From Candidatus Bathyarchaeia archaeon (GTDB lineage Archaea > Thermoproteota > Bathyarchaeia > 40CM-2-53-6): a stretch of DNA of 64,000 nucleotides. The position numbers and the translations under genes are program-made. Location of the stretch: NCBI GenBank assembly GCA_050013255.1, contig JBEKFP010000002.1:480001-544000 (forward strand), in the 5' to 3' direction. Shown here piece by piece: positions 1-8,434 of the stretch. Numbering within the stretch: position 1 is the stretch's first letter; every line of letters starts with the position of its first letter. Under the pieces are notes generated by a model. That model saw only the letters and a list, made by a program, of their open reading frames with translations. It was not told the origin of the DNA and made no database searches.

Positions 1-170
1 AGTTCTAAGAAGGGCCTCGTTCTTCCTTCCTTCACTTCAGTGAGCGCGTCTTCGATGTCTCGCACCAGTTCTTTATCGCCGCTAACTTCCATGGTTTCGA
101 CGAGTTCCTCCATCAGCCTACTAGCCTTCATGAGGAGCTCCTTTTCTTCAATCGTTAGTAAGCTAGTCAT
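1..170 (-). CDS. Putative antitoxin (archaeal RelB/YefM-like), truncated at window edge
   Basis: Not in ORF track. ATG at 170 reads MTSLLTIEEKELLMKASRLMEELVETMEVSGDKELVRDIEDALTEVKEGRTRPFLE; the 'ETxE...D.EL...I..AL.E.KEGRT' pattern is typical of these antitoxins. Confidence 0.65.
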   Translation of the reverse strand, partial: MTSLLTIEEKELLMKASRLMEELVETMEVSGDKELVRDIEDALTEVKEGRTRPFLE

Positions 171-284
171 GGCAGGCTACCTAATACTACCCTGTGCGCC
201 CAGCTACATATTCATTCTCCATGCCGCCAACGCAGTTCGGGACATCACGCTACTCTCAGAGGAAGAATTGGAATTCTCGATAGG

Positions 285-422
285 TTACAGTTGCACGCAC
301 CACATGCAGTTCTTCGTCTTCGTGCCGTCGGCCGCTTCAACTTCGGCGAGGGAATAGTGGCAGTAGGGACAATAATCCAAGTTGCAGGGCCTCGTGCCTA
401 GTTGGCTAGCGATGAGTAACAT
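285..422 (-). CDS. Small CxxC..CxxC zinc-finger microprotein (45 aa)
   Basis: Manual translation: MLLIASQLGTRPCNLDYCPYCHYSLAEVEAADGTKTKNCMWCVQL*. Confidence 0.5.
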   Translation of the reverse strand: MLLIASQLGTRPCNLDYCPYCHYSLAEVEAADGTKTKNCMWCVQL

Positions 423-465
423 GGTTTACTTCAAAACAGGCGACCCCTCCCTCAACCGCTGTCGG

Positions 466-724
466 GCGCAGAACAGTTACCGGTTAACCAACTCGAATAG
501 TCCGCACCATAATCCACACTACCAAAAAAACAGCAAAACAGGCCCGGTCTGACTCAGAAAACTGAGTCACCCCCCCCTGGGGGGTCCTCCAAGCGTGCGC
601 ACGCAGGCCGCGGGGGATGCCTAGCCTATGTTATACAGCCCCAACTAGGTGCTTCCACGTGGCTGGGTAGGTTCCCCCACCTTCAGTGGCTTGCGCGAAT
701 CGCGCAGAACAGTTACCGATTAAC
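466..724. repeat. 23-bp direct repeat GCGCAGAACAGTTACCG(G/A)TTAAC at 466-488 and 702-724
   Basis: Two copies with one mismatch, 236 bp apart, both followed by ACTCGA. Confidence 0.9.
524..706 (-). ncRNA. Putative structured non-coding RNA of unknown class
   Basis: GC-rich with multiple nested stems (550-557/562-569, 541-546/604-609, 612-617/673-678, 640-645/662-667, 692-706). G-U pairs favour the minus strand; a T7 tract ends it. Confidence 0.45.
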
Positions 725-783
725 TCGACAACCTATCCTACCGAATGCGTGTGGTAGTGCAGGAAACTAAAGCAGCTACGGGC

Positions 784-1071
784 CTAAGTTTTCTTTTTTC
801 TGCTTCGGCTTGGCTTTTTCGCCGGAGTGTTCGAACTCACGGGTTCTGTGTCTAGCGGCGCCGGCGGGGGCGTTGTAAGCATCGTCCAACCAATCCAAGC
901 TGAGATCACGAGAACGAGGAGGACGAAGAGTAGGACGGGTATCCCAATCGCCCAATCATGCCAGTAAGCTGGAAGCCCTACGAACGGGGCGAAGAACGCA
1001 AGAAGATACACGATCGCGACGATAAGCGATACTATGAAAATTGCGAAGCCGTAACCTTGATCCTTACTCAT
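784..1071 (-). CDS. Small two-TM membrane protein, uncharacterised
   Basis: Two hydrophobic helices followed by TTPPP and a basic tail. Confidence 0.8.
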   Translation of the reverse strand: MSKDQGYGFAIFIVSLIVAIVYLLAFFAPFVGLPAYWHDWAIGIPVLLFVLLVLVISAWIGWTMLTTPPPAPLDTEPVSSNTPAKKPSRSRKKKT

Positions 1072-1180
1072 GGAGGTTCAAGCTCGAACCGGAATTAACT
1101 TCGGTCACAATATAAGCTTTAACAAAGCTGCCTTCAAGATATTTAAATCCTGAACGACAAACTACGTAACAGAGTAGGGT

Positions 1181-1453
1181 ATGACTAGCGTAACTGAATT
1201 GCAGCATAGAATCCAGAAGACGCGACAGTACCTACATAGGCTGGAGACTGAACTACATCGAGTCGAGTATCCATCGCCAACAAGAAGAGAGTCGGAAGAG
1301 CAGAGGACTAGAAGATTGGAAACCGAGTTCAACCGTGAGTATCCTAACATGGTAATTGAGAGGAGCGTACTCAAGCTCGTTGGTAGCCTTCCGAATCGTG
1401 GAAGCGATAGCAAACTAATAGCCCAAGCAATTGTCGAAAAATATGCAAAATGA
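1181..1453 (+). CDS. Hypothetical protein, probable antitoxin partner of the downstream PIN remnant
   Basis: 90 aa, coiled-coil-like; TATA-like TTTAAA at about 1142; overlaps the start of the PIN-like fragment. Confidence 0.55.
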   Translation: MTSVTELQHRIQKTRQYLHRLETELHRVEYPSPTRRESEEQRTRRLETEFNREYPNMVIERSVLKLVGSLPNRGSDSKLIAQAIVEKYAK

Positions 1454-1600
1454 ACCGCCCTTTGTAGACGCAAACATCTTCCTAGATGTCGCGAGAAGGC
1501 GGAAAGGTCACAAAGAGAATCAGGAAGACCACAGATGACGAGATGTTGAAGAGAGTTGAAAGAGTTGAAATTTGTTCCCCTTGCGAGGCTGATGCTCTTC
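1443..1600 (+). pseudogene. Decayed PIN/VapC-type toxin
   Basis: MQNEPPFVDANIFLDVARRRKG carries the PIN first-Asp motif and stops at 1538; a PIN C-terminus-like 'TTDDEMLKRVERVEICSP' follows in another frame. Confidence 0.55.
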
Positions 1601-1622
1601 CAACAAGCACACAGCTGGGAAC

Positions 1623-3482
1623 TCAAGTTAATTGCTTGTAGCCGGGTCTCTGGCTGATTAGGGTTGGGAGCTTCTGCGACATAACCGGATAACCCGCACT
1701 GTGACCGACTATTTCGTTCACCAATTCCGGAAGCCCAACGTTGTACCGTTTCCCGTCCGTCCTCCGCCGAACCGCGAGCATTTGCGTCTCAACTTCACGC
1801 TTACCCACAACCGCAACGTAAGGTATCCAGTTAAGCTCAGCATCCCGCACACGCCTGTCCAAGCTTTCATCTCGGTCATCAATGTCGGCTCTAACATGTG
1901 AAGCGGCCAATTGGTCGGCGAGTTTCTGGGCATGCTCCAGGAACTCAGGCTTGACGGGGATCAGTCGAATCTGGGAAGGCGACAGCCACAGCGGTAGGCT
2001 TGGTTTCCCTCCCAGTTTCTCCGTTCTCGCACACTGGTCTAGCACCGTGAAAAGGTAACGTTCAACCGAGCCGATGACGGCCGTGTGGATTATTGGCGGA
2101 AACTGTTTCGCACCTTTCTCATCGACGTACGAGATGGCGAAACGTTTCGCGTTCCCCATATCGATTTGAAACGTTGCGATCTCCCTCGGCCTTTCAAGCT
2201 CGTCAATTATGTGGTACTCTATGTTGAGAACCCAGTAGTAGATACCCTCAGGGACAAAGTTGAGCAGCGCCGGCTTCCCCTCCCGCTTCACAAGTTTCAT
2301 CACGTAATCTTTGTGTGAGTCCAGGAAGCTCTGAGTGATGTTATACACTGAAACATAATCCCTGCCGAGTTTCCCAATTTCCTCGTAAATTTTATCATGT
2401 AATTTGAGGGTGACCTCCTTCGCATCTTCGAGGTTTCTGCAGTAGATGTGGCAGTCGGGCATGTGCAATTTCCTTAACCTAAACGAAAGCAGAAGCTCAC
2501 CGCTCTGCTCCAGGCGGTATGAGTCAGCCACTTCGAAAGTCCCGAAGGGCAAGTGCCTGTAGCTCAAGGTCCAATTCCTCACGGCTGCAAACTGCTGGTG
2601 GCAGGCGGCGTATCTCATCACGAAACTCTTGTTCTCCACCTCAAGCCGGTAAAGCCTCGAACCGAAGAGGTCTGCGTGTTCCTTCACGGCTGGGACGGCT
2701 AGGTCGAACATGTTCGTGCCCTTTACCTGCAGGATCGGTAATCCAACCGAGCTCAATACACTCCACGAATATTCGCTGATGAGGTCAAAGATCATTACAC
2801 CCTCAGGGTTGTAACGCATGTGGCCTACGTCGGAGAAGTTCTCCCATTCGATTCCAAACTTCTTGCAGTATTCGAGGTAACGCGGTTCCCCTCCCGGCAA
2901 CGCCTTCTTGAGGGCCTCCTTCTCTACGAGGATGCGGAACTCCTCTTCGCCAGGCTTGAACACGTACTCCTCGGGGTCGTAGAGTTTTCCGTCCAGTGCC
3001 AGAACCTTATAGTAAGTCTTGATCGGTGCAGGTTCCGCCTTTGCCTGCTCAGGCCTAATTGTTCTGGATAATTCGGAGAGCGGATGGCCAAGGCAGTGAA
3101 GGCTAAAACTCTTGTAGTATCCGAACGGACTACGGTGTACTTCGAAACTCATCTCGCTCAGAAATCTGCTTAACTGCTCAAGAACAGAAATCGCAACGGC
3201 CGCGGAAGCAAGACTGCTTGAGAGGTGCGCGTAAGGGTATACCAGTATACGGTTCGCGTTTACGGACCTTGCAACCTCAGCGATGGATTCAGTAGCCTTC
3301 CTGACAACTTCACCGGGATTCTGTTCATCCTCCTTCTCAATAGTCGAAAAGGCCACAAGCACATTCTCAAACTTACCAGCTCGGTTGTCCTGTAGGGGTT
3401 CCGGGTTCTTGACAGCCGTCTGGCGGACCTCGTACTCGAACGATTCGCAATGAAGTAATAGAAGCCTCAAAGAATCCAACAC
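1623..3482 (-). CDS. thrS: Threonyl-tRNA synthetase, archaeal type with N-terminal editing domain
   Basis: LLLHC, VYPYAHLS, SPFGYYK, YAACHQQF, IIHTAVIGSVER. Confidence 0.97.
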   Translation of the reverse strand: MLDSLRLLLLHCESFEYEVRQTAVKNPEPLQDNRAGKFENVLVAFSTIEKEDEQNPGEVVRKATESIAEVARSVNANRILVYPYAHLSSSLASAAVAISVLEQLSRFLSEMSFEVHRSPFGYYKSFSLHCLGHPLSELSRTIRPEQAKAEPAPIKTYYKVLALDGKLYDPEEYVFKPGEEEFRILVEKEALKKALPGGEPRYLEYCKKFGIEWENFSDVGHMRYNPEGVMIFDLISEYSWSVLSSVGLPILQVKGTNMFDLAVPAVKEHADLFGSRLYRLEVENKSFVMRYAACHQQFAAVRNWTLSYRHLPFGTFEVADSYRLEQSGELLLSFRLRKLHMPDCHIYCRNLEDAKEVTLKLHDKIYEEIGKLGRDYVSVYNITQSFLDSHKDYVMKLVKREGKPALLNFVPEGIYYWVLNIEYHIIDELERPREIATFQIDMGNAKRFAISYVDEKGAKQFPPIIHTAVIGSVERYLFTVLDQCARTEKLGGKPSLPLWLSPSQIRLIPVKPEFLEHAQKLADQLAASHVRADIDDRDESLDRRVRDAELNWIPYVAVVGKREVETQMLAVRRRTDGKRYNVGLPELVNEIVGHSAGYPVMSQKLPTLISQRPGYKQLT

Positions 3483-3552
3483 TCATAGTGGCATGTGGGA
3501 ACTGCAGGAGATTAACATAGGTTGAACATCTCTTTTCTGGAACGCAGCTTCA

Positions 3553-3765
3553 TTAGGCTGAGAATCGCCACTTGTCTAGCTGACGGTCTTTCCGCGTCAG
3601 CTTCTTGAATTCCCGGTAATGGGTCTTGCACAGATAAGCTCTGCGAGCACCCCCAATATTGAGCCCACTGTGTGAGACTTTTTCAGTTGAGATGGACCGG
3701 AGAGCAGCGGCAGTACACCCTACGACGCTGCATTTCTGTCCCTTGTTCACTTTGCCCATGGACAT
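3553..3765 (-). CDS. Small basic Zn-binding protein (CxxxxC...CxxH)
   Basis: MSMGKVNKGQKCSVVGC...YLCKTHYREFKK; the longer ORF-track extension overlaps the next gene and is probably not real. Confidence 0.7.
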   Translation of the reverse strand: MSMGKVNKGQKCSVVGCTAAALRSISTEKVSHSGLNIGGARRAYLCKTHYREFKKLTRKDRQLDKWRFSA

Positions 3766-3920
3766 CGCACTAAGAAAAACAGCATCCTGCTTGAAAAACT
3801 TGGTTTCGCTGCCTGGAGGAACCGATGGCATTCGACGCAATGCTCGAGTGGAAAAACGTTCTACACCCCGGGGGATAGAGACAAAGGGGAGAGGGACAAT
3901 AATGTTAGGGAAACCGAATA

Positions 3921-4934
3921 ATGGGGCACCAGCGATTGAAGCGTTCAACGAAGCTCTTTGAAAGACTCTTGGATTCTGACGTGAAAGTGAAGTTACTGAC
4001 ACTCTTTCATAACGACCCAGAGCTGTCCGACACAGTGGAAGGGCTGGCGAGCAGGGTCGGGGCAGATTTGACAGAGGTGAGAAGGTGCACCGAGGACCTA
4101 TTAGAGCTGCGGCTGCTGAAGAGGTCAGAATATTACACCTTCAGCCCAAGCCGGGACAAAGAGATTCAGGACGCAATTTCAAAACAACTCGACTTGGGAG
4201 AGTCCTCCGTTCCTCAGGAGATCTTGTCAGAAAAGGAGCGGATCCCTACTGGCGTGGATGTTCTCGATGGCCTACTGCCCGATGGCTTACCCGCTTCACT
4301 GGCAGTCCTGATTCTGAGTGAATCAAGTTGCGGTGACGAGAACCTTCTGGCTCACTTTGTTGCGAAGCATACGGAAACAAATCAAGTCGTGTACGTAACG
4401 TTTGATAACTTCCCCGATAACATCAGGCAACTTGTAGACGCAATTCGACACGGGAAAGGCGCCCAACGGTCGAAGCTAACTTTCATTGATTGCTATTCTA
4501 AGAACGTCGGCCTGGAAGGTTCTGAAGAACATGCGTTGATTCCAGAAGACCTACCGGCAATTAATATCGCATTGTCGGAGATGACTAGTAGAAGAGGCGT
4601 TTCACTCGTCGTAGTTGACTCCCTTGACACGGTTATACGAAAGAGGGATGTTCGCTCTGCAATTGAGTTTCTTCATAGCTTGGTCGCCCGCGCGCGTCAA
4701 TCTGGATATCTGTGTCTAGTAAACCTGAACGGGAAGGCTTTTCATTCAGCCGTCGTCGCAGCTGCCATGGACATTGTAGATGGTGTTATCCAACTCAGGG
4801 TTGACGAGGGACAACAGCAACTTGCGCGTTCACTCAGAATTTTCAAAATGCCCGTCAGGCACCTCTCGAAGTGGATGGAGTACGAGATTTCTGATGAGGG
4901 CGAATTCGTACGAGTCCAGCAAAAAACGGTGTAG
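3921..4934 (+). CDS. Winged-HTH plus KaiC/RAD55-like ATPase with degenerate Walker A
   Basis: N-terminal HTH (VEGLASRVG), IPTGVDVLDGLL, VVVDSL, IVDGVIQL, RSLRIFKM; Walker A reads SESSCGDE. Confidence 0.85.
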   Translation: MGHQRLKRSTKLFERLLDSDVKVKLLTLFHNDPELSDTVEGLASRVGADLTEVRRCTEDLLELRLLKRSEYYTFSPSRDKEIQDAISKQLDLGESSVPQEILSEKERIPTGVDVLDGLLPDGLPASLAVLILSESSCGDENLLAHFVAKHTETNQVVYVTFDNFPDNIRQLVDAIRHGKGAQRSKLTFIDCYSKNVGLEGSEEHALIPEDLPAINIALSEMTSRRGVSLVVVDSLDTVIRKRDVRSAIEFLHSLVARARQSGYLCLVNLNGKAFHSAVVAAAMDIVDGVIQLRVDEGQQQLARSLRIFKMPVRHLSKWMEYEISDEGEFVRVQQKTV

Positions 4935-5095
4935 AAGGGCCAAAACAGATTCGAGAACGTTTGCCAAATTTCATGCGACGCTAGGCAGATTATGCTAAAC
5001 CAGTTAACTCGGCGCTGTATCAGTTTAACAGATACCTGTAGGTCCTGCACAGAAATCATTTATTCGACTCAAGTTGCCAATCGCAATGATCGGTC

Positions 5096-5842
5096 TTGAG
5101 CAAACTCGTTCCCAGAACTCGCACTGGAATCGCTGGCCTTGACGAAGTGCTTGGCGGCGGTCTCCCCCAGGGGCGTATCGTATTATTGCTGGGAGAGCCT
5201 GGGGCAGGTAAAACGATCTTATGTGCACAGTTCCTGTATAACGGCATTAACAAGTTCGGTGAGAATGGTCTTTTCGTTAGCCTGGAGGAAAGCAGAGGTC
5301 ATTTCATTCGAGAGATGACCGCACTTGGTCTGGATTTCGCCTCGCTGGAGAAAGCAGGAAAGTTCGCCTTTGTCGACGCTTCCCCAATTCGAACGGTCCC
5401 CGCAGAAGTTAAGCTGGGCAAGGTTACGATTGGCAAACAAGATTTCTCTCTAATTAGCTTGCTCGAACTGATCAATACGAGAGCGAAAGCTATTGGTGCC
5501 GTGAGAATTGTCGTGGACCCTGTCTCTCTTCTGATTTTTCAGTTTGCTGACGAAACACAGCGCCGAAAAGCAATCCTAGACTTGGTTGAAGCCTTGTCAG
5601 AAACAGGCGCGACGTGCGTTCTCGCGTCGGAACTCCGGCAGGTAGGTATGAAGAGCAGAACAGTACAGATCGAGGAATACCTAGTCCATGGGGTAATCAT
5701 CATGCAGGCAGTCGTCTCTGGTAGGCTCATGGAGCGAGTAATAAGAGTGGAAAAGATGCGAGAAACACAGATTGAACAACAGCCAAGACTCTACCGCATT
5801 ACAGAGAAAGGCATCGAAGTTTATCCCCGAGAGAACGTCTAG
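5096..5842 (+). CDS. Single-domain KaiC-like ATPase
   Basis: TGIAGLDEVLGGG, GEPGAGKT, VSLEE, RIVVD, RVEKMR. Confidence 0.92.
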   Translation: MSKLVPRTRTGIAGLDEVLGGGLPQGRIVLLLGEPGAGKTILCAQFLYNGINKFGENGLFVSLEESRGHFIREMTALGLDFASLEKAGKFAFVDASPIRTVPAEVKLGKVTIGKQDFSLISLLELINTRAKAIGAVRIVVDPVSLLIFQFADETQRRKAILDLVEALSETGATCVLASELRQVGMKSRTVQIEEYLVHGVIIMQAVVSGRLMERVIRVEKMRETQIEQQPRLYRITEKGIEVYPRENV

Positions 5843-6200
5843 AAACATACTCAATCGCATACTACGCGTGGCAGTTTTCTACAGCCATCTTAGGGATCAC
5901 AAAGTGAAATGCTTCATTCATTCCGCTAGGTATTTTGAGACCAGCGCTCGAATCCAGTCTGACACAGAACTAATGAAGGGCGTTGTGACACTCGGATCGT
6001 AGCTGAGAACAACTACCAGCTTCTCGATGCTTAGGAAAACGAGATGAACTTCCGCATATCTGATTGTTACAGATTCTAAAGCGCCGTTAAATGACTGAGC
6101 CTCTCAGCCGAATCGACGAAGATTGGTGCCATAAGTTGAACCCAGTTTCGGTCAGTTTCAGCGAAACGTCCATAAAGTTTGCACATTGAGTTGTAGTTCA

Positions 6201-6806
6201 GTGTCTGCGTTGCTGGGCAAGCTAAGAGCAAAGTACGAGGTAGCAATGCGTCCTATCGGCCTCAGGCTAGGCAAGGCCGGGGTACGGCCAAACACCATAA
6301 CAACCGTTAGCCTTCTAGTTTCCTTTCTAGCTGCTGCTGCCTACCTCCTAAGATCACCTATCCTTGGGGCTGTTGGACTCGCAGCGGCGGGATTAGTGGA
6401 CATGCTCGATGGAGCCGTAGCACGAGCAACAGGTTCTGCGAGCAAATTCGGGGCCGTTTACGATCATGTGTTGGACAGGTATGCGGAGTTCGCCGTCCTG
6501 TTAGGCATGGGCCTGGGGGGACTAGTTGACTGGCCGTGGATTGTCTTCGGGTTGTTTGGAATGGTAATGGCTAGCTACGCAAGGGCGAAAGCGGAATCAG
6601 TTGGGGGCCTTTCAAGCTGTACAGTTGGTGTCGCCGAACGTCAGGAAAAAATAGCGTTGTTACTAGTGGGTTCTTTACTTCAACCCTTTATCGGCATTGC
6701 ACTTACAGCCGCCGTTGCCATCGCAGGTCTATTGTCTCACGTTACCGTTGTTCAGAGGCTCTGGTATACTTTCAAAAATGCGCGAGGCTCGAAGATTGCC
6801 CTTTGA
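6201..6806 (+). CDS. CDP-alcohol phosphatidyltransferase (archaetidylinositol-phosphate synthase-like)
   Basis: DMLDGAVARATG...FGAVYDHVLD motif. Confidence 0.92.
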   Translation: MSALLGKLRAKYEVAMRPIGLRLGKAGVRPNTITTVSLLVSFLAAAAYLLRSPILGAVGLAAAGLVDMLDGAVARATGSASKFGAVYDHVLDRYAEFAVLLGMGLGGLVDWPWIVFGLFGMVMASYARAKAESVGGLSSCTVGVAERQEKIALLLVGSLLQPFIGIALTAAVAIAGLLSHVTVVQRLWYTFKNARGSKIAL

Positions 6807-7728
6807 TCTAGTAGGCATCGGTAATCCGGTATACGATGTTATCGTCACCCCTTGGTCGAGAACTGCCGGCCGTGTCCTATCTGGTTGTAGTACGAATGCT
6901 TGTTTGGCGGCGAAGAAGCTTGGAGTAAAAAAGGTCGGATTGTTGGGATGTATCGGTAAAGACTTCTCGCAACAATTCTCGCGTGATATGAGAGAATATG
7001 ATATCAAAGCAACCGTGGATGTCAGCGGGTTAACGACTGGGGGGTTTCATCTCATCTACGACAGGAACGGCAACAGAACCCTTGATGTTCTAGGAGTTGC
7101 TGGTAAAATCAAGCAAAACAATTTTCCCAAAGAGTTCTTGGATGGCACGTTCCTCCTAATTGGGCCAATTCTAGGTGAGGTTGACCTGGAATTGATCCGA
7201 TTTCTACGATCCACTTCGTCGTCGAAAATCTTCTTGGACCCCCAGGGGTTGGTGAGAAAGATTGGAGACGATGGGCGCATTATTCACTCGTGCGACCGGG
7301 AGGAAATAAGGAAGATAATAGAGATCGTGGATTTCGTTAAGCCGAATGAACAAGAGATTGAGACAATAACTGGCGAAAAAGACCCGCTAATTGGTCTTCA
7401 GCGATTACGGTCTATGGGGTCTGCTGTGCCGATTGTGACATTGGCAGAACGAGGGTCTCTGTTGCTTGATGGGAACAGGCTATTTCGAGTTCCACCTTTC
7501 GCAACAACACACGCTATCGATCCCACGGGGGCGGGAGACGTTTATGCTGGTTCTTTCATCACCGAATATACGCGTACGGGGGACCTCTCGGAGGCGGCCC
7601 TATTTGCGTCAGCGGCAGCTTCCCTGATGGTAGAGCAAGTTGGCCCCGACTTCCGCTTAGCTCCAAAAGACGTACAAGAAAGAAAGGAGGCTATCCGCAG
7701 CGGGCTGACCGTGGAAACCTTAGGTTAG
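6796..7728 (+). CDS. PfkB-family carbohydrate/inositol kinase
   Basis: DPTGAGDVY anion hole, FLDPQG, KPNEQE; TTG start at 6796 overlaps the upstream stop. Confidence 0.9.
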   Translation: MPFDLVGIGNPVYDVIVTPWSRTAGRVLSGCSTNACLAAKKLGVKKVGLLGCIGKDFSQQFSRDMREYDIKATVDVSGLTTGGFHLIYDRNGNRTLDVLGVAGKIKQNNFPKEFLDGTFLLIGPILGEVDLELIRFLRSTSSSKIFLDPQGLVRKIGDDGRIIHSCDREEIRKIIEIVDFVKPNEQEIETITGEKDPLIGLQRLRSMGSAVPIVTLAERGSLLLDGNRLFRVPPFATTHAIDPTGAGDVYAGSFITEYTRTGDLSEAALFASAAASLMVEQVGPDFRLAPKDVQERKEAIRSGLTVETLG

Positions 7729-8187
7729 CAAAAATGCCTTACGGTTGTGGATTTTGAAGGATTTCATGTTATGCGTGAAATGGCATCGTTAGCGCCGAGT
7801 ATGCAGGATTGTGCTATCTACACCCAACGGAGGTTGTCTACAGCCTTTAAGGACCACCTTGAACGGGAATCTGAAAAGTACCAAAACCCAAACATCGGGT
7901 GCGGCCCGGAAAAAGGATGTCTAGCATATGTTATACATACCCGATGTCACCCCTGAACGCTCTCCTGTTACATTCCTTCTCCTGGCGCGATTGGTGTAGA
8001 GGCCCCGCCAGCAACACAAACTCGCCAAACTAAAGCAAGCCATTCTCAGCCGTACATGGCTTTTGCATATCCTTTGCAATATTGCTGTGTAGGCCTGAAT
8101 CCTAATTCAGCGTTTTTTGAGCCTAAAACGGTGTAAAGGAACATATCGGCACCTGAACCGTATTGCCTAACGCTGGGGGTTCAGGCA

Positions 8188-8400
8188 ATAACACTAACCG
8201 AGAAACTGCAACTGCGAAAGCCAGCGGCTCAGAAACTTGAGCAGCAACAACGAAGGTTCTTCTGCGAAAACTGTAAACAGGAAGTTTTTCTCCAGGCCAG
8301 ATACTGCGAGAAGTGCGGCGGGCAAATTGAGTGGCCCAAAGAGATCAGGAAAGTCATCTCGTCATGGAATGCGGCCGCTGAAAAGCAGAAGCAAAGGTAG
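8188..8400 (+). CDS. Zinc-ribbon microprotein (about 70 aa), start codon uncertain
   Basis: Not in ORF track. ...RFFCENCKQEVFLQARYCEKCGGQIEWPKEIRK...* with no in-frame ATG/GTG/TTG after TAA at 8134. Confidence 0.6.
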   Translation: MTLTEKLQLRKPAAQKLEQQQRRFFCENCKQEVFLQARYCEKCGGQIEWPKEIRKVISSWNAAAEKQKQR

Positions 8401-8434
8401 CTTCAAACCTTCACTTAACCCATCCTTAGTTTTC

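Noticed and set aside
541-692. Cobalamin riboswitch (GCCACUG, GGGAA, CCCCCGC, AGUCAG on the minus strand)
   Set aside because: Motif order is wrong and no B12-related gene lies downstream
466-724. CRISPR mini-array interpretation of the direct repeats
   Set aside because: Only two copies, a 213-bp interval, and no cas genes
6081-6118. TTAA...GAGCCTCTCAGCCG..TCGACG resembling the purA-upstream repeat
   Set aside because: Only about 10-14 matching nt, with no K-turn or second stem; could be chance
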